Shown: positions 53,304 through 64,000 of the stretch, in pieces | How the letters are laid out: the number at the start of each line of letters is the position of its first letter | How positions within the stretch are numbered: position 1 is the first letter of the stretch | Source: Epiperipatus broadwayi | Lineage: Eukaryota > Animalia > Onychophora | DNA length: 64,000 nucleotides | Reading direction: 5' to 3' | Assembly (NCBI GenBank): GCA_028023455.1 | Contig: JAQFVV010000003.1 | Location: 12,462,001-12,526,000, forward strand | Made by a program: the position numbers and the translations under genes | Notes under the pieces: model-generated | What the model saw: only the letters and a program-made list of their open reading frames with translations | The model's database searches: none | Told to the model about the DNA's origin: nothing

Positions 53304-55020
53304 TATTAGGCCATTCTGTATGAGAAACACATGATAGAGGATTATTTGGCCTATTTTTATTTGAACACATACTTACTTCTATGCTGGCCTGGCTTTCCTA
53401 CTGTTAGCCATGGTAATTTGAATCGATTTCATGGGCAGGGTTTTGATGTTATGGTTTTGTCAGAATTTCATGATAGGACTTATTTGACATAACTAAAACC
53501 TGGCTACCAGAATCTAACAATGCTTTACCCAGCAACGTCTCAAACAAAACCTCTATCATGCAGCATTCCTGGAAAGTGTAATTGGGGGTTTATTTTCCCA
53601 CAAACACATCATCTGGGGTTTGGTTCACATTGTTCTGTGTCATTATAATGAGGTGAGGAACATAACCTCAAATACCTCTCCAGTTTGGTATCTGTTGTGT
53701 GGTTCGCTACACCCTGGCTTTGGGGATTTCCCTGGGCTATTAGAGAGGCTAGTTTTCGGTTGAACATGTTTCATCTTCATTCTACTGTTTGTCCATGTAT
53801 ATGGGGAGGTTTTTTGTACAGACTGCCCTTTTCAATAATATAAGTCATTATTGTTCTTTCACCATTTATAGTGTATAGCATTAACAGCCACATCTCTTTA
53901 TGTTTATGTAGTGTTCTGCTGGGTACATTGGTTGCATTTGAATCAATGCTGTTAAACAACTCGGCCATTTGTTCAATATTTTGGTGATTGTGCAGAGGAG
54001 AGATTACTTAATCCGGATGAGTAATTTCTTTTATTATTATCTCATTTTTGCTCAAGTGGTGTGTTAAGGTCCTCAACTTGGTAACCTGGCAGTGGAAGAA
54101 ATTTCATTAGTTTCCCCTGATGTTTGACAATATTTCTCCTGGAATAGTTGATATAGCAGAGCTTCTTGCCTGTCATGATTCCAGAAATTCTTCACCAGTA
54201 ATGTCTGGTGATCTTCAAAACTGGATGGGGTCTGGAATATACTCCCACCACATCAGCGCATTCCCTCAGAGGTGTCTGTGGCGATGAGCCATTTCTCTTC
54301 CTATCAGATTGTGATTCACAGAAAAATATAGGTTGAGGCTCCTTAGATGTTCTATTGGAGTCCCTTGAAGACATTTATCTTCATGAATTGGTTGATGGTG
54401 CTTACTTGTGTTACATGGTCACACACACTGGTCATCTCCATGGAGTTTATAGGTAAGATGGGTACCTGCATGCCCTGGTCAATGTGTTGTGTGCCTGGTA
54501 TGATTCCTTCCATATTGAAAGTTGTAAGGAGATTCTTGATATGTGAGACTGGTTGCTTGATATTAGTCGCTCATCCTATTTGGATCTTTGAGGGCAATTT
54601 CCAAGCTGTTTATTGCTTCACCCTGCTTCTTCCTGCCAGTCAGAGCCATTGGGTCATTCCCAGTCTGTTGCATCCTATATGCTGGTATTTCTTAGCATAG
54701 CTGGGATTTGAGGGCCTCGAACCTTTGACTGACTGTTCCACTCAGTTGGCTGACCTGGTTGCATGTTTCATTAATATTTTTTGATAATCTTTTCGAGGTT
54801 TGCTTTGTCTGAAAGGTTTTCCATTTTGCTTGCAGCTAGTTTGTCTTCCAGACACTTTATATTGTGGCCCATTGATTCAATGGCCTTATTGTGTGCCTCT
54901 GTTTCGACATTGTGCCCAAGTAGAGTCGGTCCATTTTTGTTTCTATATCCTTGAATTCTTCCTTAATTTGTCCTTGGTACTTCTCTTGATCTATGCACAC
55001 TCCGCTCTTGAAGTCTTCAT

Positions 55021-56003
55021 GGCCTCGAGTCATCTTACAGAACTTAAGGTCTATCTGACTTAAAATTGTGCATCTAAAGTATTCAAATCTTTGCTGGCAT
55101 CGTTTGTCCTTTTCTTCCATCTTCATTTTTATTTCTCCTAATTCTTGTCTCAATTCCATAGTCTCTCTCTGAATATTATTGACATTCAGGAACAGCTCTT
55201 CAATACCAGCAAGATAATTTGTTTTTAATCCTATCATTTCAGTTTTCAGATCTTCTTTCAAGCCATTCACATTTGTGCCTATTCTATTAGTGAGGTCTGC
55301 TTTCATGCTATTCATATCTCCCTTGAAATCTTCATGCTGTTCATATTTCCTTTCAGAAGTTCTTTCATATTGTTCATTTTTGTGTCCATTCAATTAATGA
55401 GTTCTGCTTTCATGCTATTAATATTTCCCTTCAAGCTGTTCATATCTATTTTCATCATCATGATTGCCTGGAATATTCATTCCATGGTCATTACATATTC
55501 TGGAATAGGTGCTACTTTGACTCACGGCCTCGAGTCATCTCACAGAACATAAGGTCTATCTGATTTGAAATAGTGCATCATAAGTCTTCAAATCTTTGCT
55601 GGCATTGTTTGTCCTTTTCTTCCATCTCCATTCTTATTTTTCCTAATTCTTGTTTCAATTCCATATTCTCTCTCTCTGAATATTATTGACACTTAGAAAC
55701 AGCTGTTTAATACCAGCAGATAATTTATTTTTAATCCCTATCATTTCAGTTTTCAGATCTTCCTTCAAGCCATTCATTTGTGCCCATTCTATTAGTGAGT
55801 TCTGCTTTCATGCTATTCATATCTCCCTTCAAATCTTCCTTCATGCTGTTCATATTTCCTTTCAGAACTTCTTTCATACTGTTCATGTTTGTGTCCATTC
55901 AATTAATGAGTTCTTCACACTATTAGTATTTCCCTTCAAGCTGTTCATATCTACCTTCATCGTCATGATTGCCTGGAATATTCATTCCATGGTCATTACA
56001 TAT
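55021..56003 (-). repeat. Tandem duplication of the gag 5' region (505-bp period)
   Basis: Units 55021-55498 and 55526-56003 both start ggcctcgagtcatct and end catggtcattacatat, with many substitutions. Confidence 0.95.
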
Positions 56004-56639
56004 CCTTATACTTGCATATTATATAATCCTTAAACTTAATGTCAGTAACCATTCCCTATTTCATGAAAAAAATCCTTGCACAGAACTGTATGTTTCATTG
56101 TTCTAGTGATGCACTGTTTCCCTGTTGTGCACATGTCAGTAGTAGGTAGAGATAGTGCTGTCATTCAAACTGTGAACTTCCTTGTTTAGATAACATTCAA
56201 TATAATGACTTAATGACAAATTCTTTTTTTTCTTTAATTCTTTCTTTACACTTATACATCACATAATCCTTAAGAAGCTTAATATCAGTAGCAATCCCCT
56301 ACTTCATGAAAAAATTACAATAATCCTTGAATAAAACTATATGCTTCACATATTCAAAATACGAAGCTCCGCACAGTGCTAATCCTGTTGTGCAAGTGTA
56401 ATGTAATGTTGCTTTTTAACTTGCTGTGCTATATTTAAAAACCATGTACCATATTCTTGAATATGATAAAGTGTACAATTAGATTATTATTATGCTTCCA
56501 GCTATTCTATTAAATTACATAGATTGCTTCAGTACTTTTACAGAAAATTTAAATAATTTAATCATAGCCTTCTTAGACTCCTTGCAACCCCAAGAAATAA
56601 GTTCTGTGACTATAGGTGAACTTCAACAGTTTAGGTTTT

Positions 56640-58659
56640 CACACTGTCTCAGCCAGGCATGAGCAGCAACAAGAAGTATATTCATATTTTTAATTCTGAG
56701 TGGTAACGATGGAAAAATTGTCTTTGCAGTTGTGAAGTAAAAGATGTATTGCTCTGCTTCCTGTGTTTGGCATTTGGAAGTGATGTAACGTGGACAAAAT
56801 GAAAGAATCATGAGAAATCAAAGAAGCATGTTGAAAAGGTCGTTTCACTGTCTCTTTTAAGAAATGTAAATATTAAGGAGAAACTTAGTGAGGCACACAG
56901 ACATTCAATCAATTAGCATAATATAATAGTTAAAAAGAACAACGAAATTTTATTCAAAATAATAGATTGTATTTTCTTTTGTGGAAACTTTGAAACTCCC
57001 TTATGTAACCATGATGAAAAAGACAATTCAGTAAATCCAGGAATATTTAGAAGATTAATAAATTTTCACCTATATTATATCCAAATTGAAGAATCACTTA
57101 TCTTCAAAGGTGATTTTAAACCATTCAGATTGAAATACTTGACTGCCTGCTACAAATATACCATAAGGAGATAAAGGCAGAAAATATAGAAGCTTCCTTT
57201 GTAGCTGTCATGGCTGATGGCATAACAGATGTTACAGAACACACTAAAATGATCATTGTTCTATGTCATGTGTTGAATGGAGAAATATTTGAGTACTTTG
57301 GGGATTCTTTACTCCAGAAAATGAAACAGCAGATGGCATATCAAAATGCATTCTAGAACAATAAGACATAATCCTTTAAGGAAATGGGCAAAAAGTGATG
57401 TCTCAAACATCTGATGGTGCAAATGTCATGAAAGGCAAAAAAAAAAAGGAAGAGTTCAAGCAAAAATAAAAGTAGTTTATAGCTATGCACATTTCATTCA
57501 CTATTATGCACATCAGTTTAATTTAATAATGAAAAATGCAGCAAGTATTATACAGAATGCAATAATATTTTACTCTAACATTTTGACTATTCCAACAGTG
57601 TTCTCAATATCACCAAAACATGTACCCATTCTCAAGAGGCATATGGACATTAGCATCCCACATCCATCTTCTACAAGATGGAACTTTAACATATGACTGT
57701 AAAAAAACCTTCATAAAAATTTTTCAACCTTTAAAAAGCTGCCTTAATGAAATTCAGTTGACATCAAATACAGACTAAACCATTGCAAAAGCAACAGGAA
57801 TTTTAAAATACCTAAATGGTGATAATTTCATGTTTTGGTTAGAGCTTTTTGAAATGATTTACAACCAAATGCAATCTTGAGAAATTAGGGTGTTTAAAGT
57901 CAATGAATATGTAACAGATTCAAAACTGCTATTTTAGATTTAAGAAAAAATATAAGAATCCTTCAAAGATACTCATAGCAGAAACTATGGAAGTGTGTGA
58001 TTGTATAAGTGTTAATATAATGGACAGATATTCTTTCACTAAATACTTAATAGTTTCTAAATTGTTCAACAAGAAATCTTTACCAGTTTTAAGAATGAAA
58101 TGCCTACAGAAAAGATAGTGACCACTGAAGTATATCTCATGATTTTTGTCAAATAAAAGGTTGAAACTGAACTAAGTATTCTATTGTGGATCCAATATGC
58201 ATGCATATTGGAAATTAATTGAGTTGTTGAAATTTATCTTGGAAAATAATCTAGCTGCTGTTGTAAGTGACTACATCGGAGTTAGAATGTTGCTTTCCAA
58301 TGCTGAAAAGAATAAAAACTTTTCTAAGGAGTATTATGAATCCTGCAAAACTAAATGCACTTGTAGTGCTTTCAAAGAAGAAAAATTTCCTCAACAATAA
58401 TCCAGAGATCAATGAGAAAATTATTAATCTTTTTGCACAAAGCAAAACAAGAACGAATTTCGTTTTTAAATGAATGAATCAAATTTGAATTGTAACTATT
58501 TAGGCTACTAATAAGTAAAAAAATTTTTTTTTAGGATTTTATCAAGTTTATATATAAATTTTGTTTTTTATATATTTGTTTCGTTTTACACAATATTATA
58601 ACAATGGATAAAAAATTTCTGAAACAGCACCCCCATAAATTTTATTACAGTCATTACTG
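56640..58659 (+). mobile_element. hAT DNA transposon, decayed transposase (TTF-type Zn finger, DUF4371-like region, dimerisation domain)
   Basis: FNSEW...CEVKDVLLCFLCLAF (~56690-56780); HDEKDNSVNPGIF (~57010); FVAVMADGITDV (~57200); ORF 58267-58473 LKRIKTFLRSIMNPAKLNAL. Possible right end cagtcattactg; left TIR not found. Confidence 0.9.
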
Positions 58660-60439
58660 TGTATGATATAATTATTTTTTTAAAAAGTATATATTTAGAT
58701 ATTAACAAAAATAATTAATAATAAAAAAATAGAATAATGCAGTTATTAAAAAGACAGAATAATAAATCTAGCAAAAAAGAGAGAGCAACCATATGACTGA
58801 GTATGAAAAATAAGGAAATACCCGAGATCTAATTCATGATCCACTCATATATATGGGCATGCACATGAAATTTTAAATTTGTTAATGTATGAATTCATTT
58901 ATTTTTTTATACTATTTTTAACTGCAGGCCATTGATACATGAATGATCAATCCATAGAAATGAGAGAATTAGTGTACAATATTTGAATTTGTTAATTGAC
59001 CTTAATATAAGAAAAAAGTTCCAACCCATATCTGAATTGAAATAATGATCTGCTTGTCCAATGGGCTAACTTTTTTTCAATATATCACAATCCAAAGAGA
59101 GCTTTAAACAACTATGTGATAGAGAAGTGTATTCTAAAGTAGGACTGTAAACAATATAATCATCGCTTCATAACAGACGATTTTAAAAAACAAAACTAAT
59201 TCTCTAAGTTTTTATTAAAAACTTTCTGTATGATAATTGAAACTCAAGAATTTACTTTTGTACATTAATATTTTATCATGATAAAAATGATAAATTATTT
59301 AAATGTTTTACTAAAATGCATGTAATTATTTAAATAGAATTTAAAAAATACAATATGTACTATTTTATATTTGAAAACACTCAACTAATTTTTGAAAACA
59401 AAATGCTTCCAAAGTTTTGTAATTAATTAGAATCTACAAACGTTAAATTATACATCATAATGTGATTAAGATAGTGATGAAATTTAAATTACAATTTTAA
59501 ATAAAATATTAATAAGAACAATACTTTAACAATTGATATTGCTTTTTGAATTACTATTTTATATATTGAAAACTTATTAAATGCAATTTCTTTTCCAAAT
59601 TAAAAATGTCAGTGTATATATATTTTCCCTGCCCAGATTTAGGTTTAAATCAACAATTTGCTAGGAACAAGTGTGTCACTTAATGATTCACCAATGTTCA
59701 CCATACTCTCTTAACAATTTATTCCAGCATCTCAATTTTAAGCTACTTCATAAATTTTAATGAGCTCCACATCATTAAATTATATAGTTTATGTATATAT
59801 ATGTAGGCATATGTAATTAAAAAGTAAATCACTATTCCTCAAGCTATGAATGAATAATACTTTGTATGTTTAGCAATGAATAAATCTATCCTTTAAGCTT
59901 TTAATATTTATAAACATACCCTTGCCAACATTCATGGAAAAATTAAAATTAATATAATTCATTTTTAATGAGCATGTTTTAATAATCATAGAGAAGTTAA
60001 TAATTGTAAATATAAAATTAGGATAAATTAGAAGAATCAACAATAGAATAAATTCACCTATTCTTTAGGTTTTTGATGTTGTTATGCATGTAATTTAAAT
60101 TTATTGATTAATGAGAGCTAGAAATAACTAGCCAAAATCAGTGACAATCCACCTATATTGTTCTCTTCCCTTAACATAACATCTCAATATTTAGAGCTGT
60201 CATAAATATATATTATATAAATATATATGTTTGTATATGCTATATGTGTGTGTGAAATTTAAAAGAAAGCCACCAATCATAATGTAAATTTCATATATCT
60301 TGTGCTATGTGCATTGTGTAGATTAACTTGTCTACCTGAAAGCCAGAATTTATTTATTATTTGGCATATGGATTTTTTTAAGACAGCTAAACTATTATCA
60401 AAATATCATAAAAAAAATTGTAGAGATTCTAACTAGGAG

Positions 60440-62960
60440 ACAAATCTGATTCTACCACTGAAGTCATAGATTTGACATTTATTAACTATGAGATTCATGT
60501 TTGAGTCTGTCCAATCTACATAAATCAGTGGTTATTAAATTCCATTTATGAAGCAAATAAGTGCAACAATGAATCTAGTTGCATCTGGAAAAATTAATTT
60601 GTTTAGAATCTTGTAAAAATTTCATTTTTTAAGCTACAATTTTCCAATTTAAACTCTTGATTGATCTTAAGCTACTGGCAAGTTCAAAGTATACTTAAGA
60701 GCTTTTTATATATCTTATGCATAATTTCTCTTATTATATCTGATGAAGGAATGTGTGAAAGAACAGGAAGAATTGCAAAGAGCAGACTTGAGTGTATTTA
60801 GTAATTTTTCTCATGATAATATTTAACTGAAGATCTAGAAGTTCAATGCTGAAACTTTTTCTTCAAACAGGGCCACATAATTTACTAGAATATAAGGAAG
60901 TTGTCAATAAATTAATCCATGTAATATTAGTCAGTTTTCCAAGGAGATTAATTCAAACCTTAGATAAAAAAAGGAAAATAAGTTAGGCTCTCATACAAGA
61001 CTACTCCTAAATAGCATGAGTTTTAATCTATTATTGCAAAACGTTATATTCGGATTGAGATATTCTTTTATTACTTAGATAAAAAGTTGAACATAGAATC
61101 TTTGTTGGATTAGGAATAAGATCCTACTCTTTGAAATAGATTCTCAGTCTTTTTCATTTATTAAGAGATTTTTTTATTTCAGGAAAGCATTATTTTTATT
61201 AGAAAGAAGCTTGTAGATGGTTGTTTTTTTTTTGCATTCTATCAAACTAAACCAAAAAGTTTGATATGTAAGACTAATAATCTCATTAGCAGTGACAGTA
61301 ATAATTCTTTTGGAAGTACTTTTACAACAACCAAGTTTATGTGAAAATCTTTGAACTAGAGCTGATTTTCATGATCTCTCTTCAGTTTTCTTTTCTGACA
61401 TCATCCAATGATTTTATAAGTTTATTAGAATTTTCTAACTCTTTGGCAGAAATAAACTGGTTAAAAGAGCACTGCAGATTTTGTTCTAACCTAGAATGAA
61501 TTTGTTTTCAATATTCTCAAAAAATCGACTCCTTGACAGATATTGTTATAAATTGTTAATCTATTATAGAAAGAGAGAATTAAAAGGGGTTTTATTAATA
61601 TTCTGTTCAAGTTATCTAATATACTGATATTAATTAACTTTCCTTAAATTCTGTTTCAGAGATGGACAAATTAAATGATAAGAATGTGTAATCAAAGCGG
61701 GATTAGACTTACTTTATCTATGGAAGAAACTATCCATTATCAATAGTTCTGTAGATAATGTTCTGAACTATTTTTTGGTGAAACAAAATATGTTCCCCAT
61801 TTGCCTGAATATTGGTTTCTCCTTGCATAGTATCATAAAGTAAACACATGTTGTTTAAAGCCATTCATTATAAAAATTAGAGAATATGTTTGATCCTGAC
61901 TTGTACATCTCTAAAAGATTGTTCTGAGAATTGCAATCTTCTTAAATACAGAAGATATAGTACAAACTGGAAAAGGAGTATAGAGCCAGTTTGTATTGGA
62001 AGTTGGTAAATATTGCATATATAAAAAAATTATCTATTCAAAGAATGATTCCAGTATCATTTAATATATTTTCCAAGAGAAATTGTTTATTTTATAAAAT
62101 GGTTTGAAACAAATATTTAGAATGTGTTTTATCATGAATCAATGTAAATCCAGAAATTTCAAAGTGTGAATTATTATAAGAATAAAGTCTTCTGAAACAC
62201 CAATTACGCTCAACAATTAATTCGTCGAGGATCTCCTTTTTATTTTTGATATACCCTCAATATTTAATTGAAGTAATTTTTATTGTATTTCTTAGATAAA
62301 GATAAAATTACTTTATAGAGAGTGCACCTAGTAACTTGAGATATTCTATAATTGCCAACACCATGTAAATATTTTTTTTTATTTTGACTAAGATTTTCAG
62401 CTCTATAATCCTGAAATGTCAATCCCAATTTTTATTATGTAATTTCATAATTTGATGTCTTTAACCAGTAGTTTATATAGATAAAGTCTGATTTCCATGT
62501 GGAAACAATGTGTTACACACTAATATGTGCTAGTCATATGATGAGCTGTAAGAGAACTGTCATCCACTCTTCCCAAGGCATAATGAAGTAACTACATATT
62601 GAAAAATAACTTTGTCATTATTTTCCCACTCCCTCCTTAATACAATTTATTATCATCTCAATATTTAAACCTTCAATAACTTTTAATACCATATTTAATG
62701 AATCTTTTATATCAAGCAATTTATCAAAATGTGCATCATATACTTAAGATTTTATAACTTCCAATCTTAAGAATATGTCCACAATATGTTTAATTTCTTT
62801 TACACTAATAGCTTATTTTATTTTTAATATCAATATTCTTTTTGAACACTATTTGTCTAGAATTTTCATTGATACAGTAATAATAAGCAAATGTAGTTTC
62901 CACTTAATACCCTCACAACTCATTCAGCACTGCACATTCCAAATATAATTTAATAACTTT
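60440..62960 (-). mobile_element. Decayed I-group-like LINE ORF2 remnant
   Basis: Its 3' part is homologous to 47990-48890. An RT-like stretch lies at ~61780-62020, and IWNVQC (endonuclease-start-like) at ~62925-62945. Confidence 0.55.
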
Positions 62961-64000
62961 TGTTTGATTGTCCATCAGAGTAGCAAAAGTATTTTCCCAA
63001 ATAGGAAAAAAAATTTTTTATCTTTACAACACTATAACTGATGTTTAGTTCTTCTTTATAAATATCATCTTAATTTTTTTCATTTTTCATAATTAGTTTA
63101 GTAACAATATTTGAAAAATATATAAAAAGTAACTAATTAATTACAGAATATGAATTTGAAAATTACAAAAAGCTATTTTAGAAGATTATTATATAAGTTT
63201 GTCATAATGATTTTAGTCAGAATACTATTTTCAATAAATGCTGATTAATTTTCTGTTTATTTACCTGATCAAATTAAAAAAAATTGCATGGGTGAGTATA
63301 ATAAATTCTAAAAAAAATTATAAGACTTGAATTTTTATTAAAATGAGAAAATATGCTTCCATACTTGTTCTTAACTATACTAATGCAGTATATATTGATA
63401 TTTGACATATTTGTGAATTAGATTATTTAAAAAGCTGGTTTATTGATTCCAAATATAATCATGGTGAACAAATTACAGAAATCAAATGATACTTGAAAAT
63501 TAAAATTAACAAGTTTGAGTTTTAATTCACGATTTTTTCATTCTTGATAGTGTTATACCTTCAGCAAACCAAGTGCTATGTTTTGATGTTGGAAATGATA
63601 TGACATCTAAATGCTAAAAGTAACAGGTTGTGTTTGAATTCAAGTCTTTATTTCTAGAGTTTATCGTTCTATCAATGTGCCAAAATGTTCAGGTCAATGA
63701 CTTGTTAAAATTATCTATTATCATTTCTTATAGAAACATCATTATTTCTTAGTTATCCTTTTGGTGTAGTTTATTTTATTTCTTCTAAAAACTTCATATC
63801 TATAATATTAATGTGCTTATTTCATCATAGTAGAAGTAAAAGTTTTCATAAGAATTCAACTATTAAATTAAACTCAAAAATTTTTAATATTATTAGGAAA
63901 AAAAAGTTTGATATATATACAAAGTAAAACATAAACTTTTACCATCGTTTTAATGTATTTTTTATTTATAAGTTATCAAACTCTTGTTTCATTTTTTTTT

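Larger units (their letters stand above)
48896..56003 (-). mobile_element. Decayed Ty3/Gypsy LTR retrotransposon (gag-PR-RT-RH-IN), 5' LTR not found
   Basis: Coiled-coil gag ORF 54857-55393; VKNFWNH gag core (~54190); ALLDSGS (53504-53523); HVDD (~52200-52211); FPDFNKPFILQT (ORF 51535-51885); GHYGAHK (~51190-51210); GMYNAHILKPY (~50275-50305). Confidence 0.93.

Noticed and set aside
56430-56460. acca/tgt as the PBS and 5' LTR junction of the Gypsy element
   Set aside because: The adjacent sequence shows no similarity to the 3' LTR candidate, and no convincing tRNA complementarity is present.
1-64000. CRISPR arrays, rRNA, intact tRNA genes or prokaryotic operons
   Set aside because: No regularly spaced repeat-spacer arrays or such genes were seen; the sequence is eukaryotic TE-rich DNA.

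Overview
Very AT-rich, CpG-depleted animal genomic DNA, most likely invertebrate; the taxon cannot be fixed from sequence alone. No intact host gene can be identified, and there is no rRNA, tRNA gene or CRISPR array. The window is a layered transposable-element graveyard. It holds several RTE-clade LINE copies (one near full length, 17.4-20.3 kb), two diverged RNase H-type (I-group-like) LINE copies, three related Penelope-like elements (PLEs), a decayed Ty3/Gypsy element (48.9-56.0 kb) with a tandemly duplicated gag N-terminus, another LTR, hAT and piggyBac transposase remnants, hAT MITEs and a long-hairpin MITE family. The best lead is at the PLE 3' ends. Each carries a minimal type I hammerhead-ribozyme-like fold whose core is not canonical CUGANGA but AUGANUA (two elements) or UUGAUAA (one). 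Positions 3 and 8 change together (A3:U8, U3:A8), as expected if the C3:G8 tertiary pair is preserved. Other leads are a triple inverted duplication at a PLE tail, a TIR-bounded CpG-rich insert inside an RTE, and a MITE whose filled and empty sites are both in the window. All alignments and translations were done by eye, and boundaries of decayed elements are approximate.
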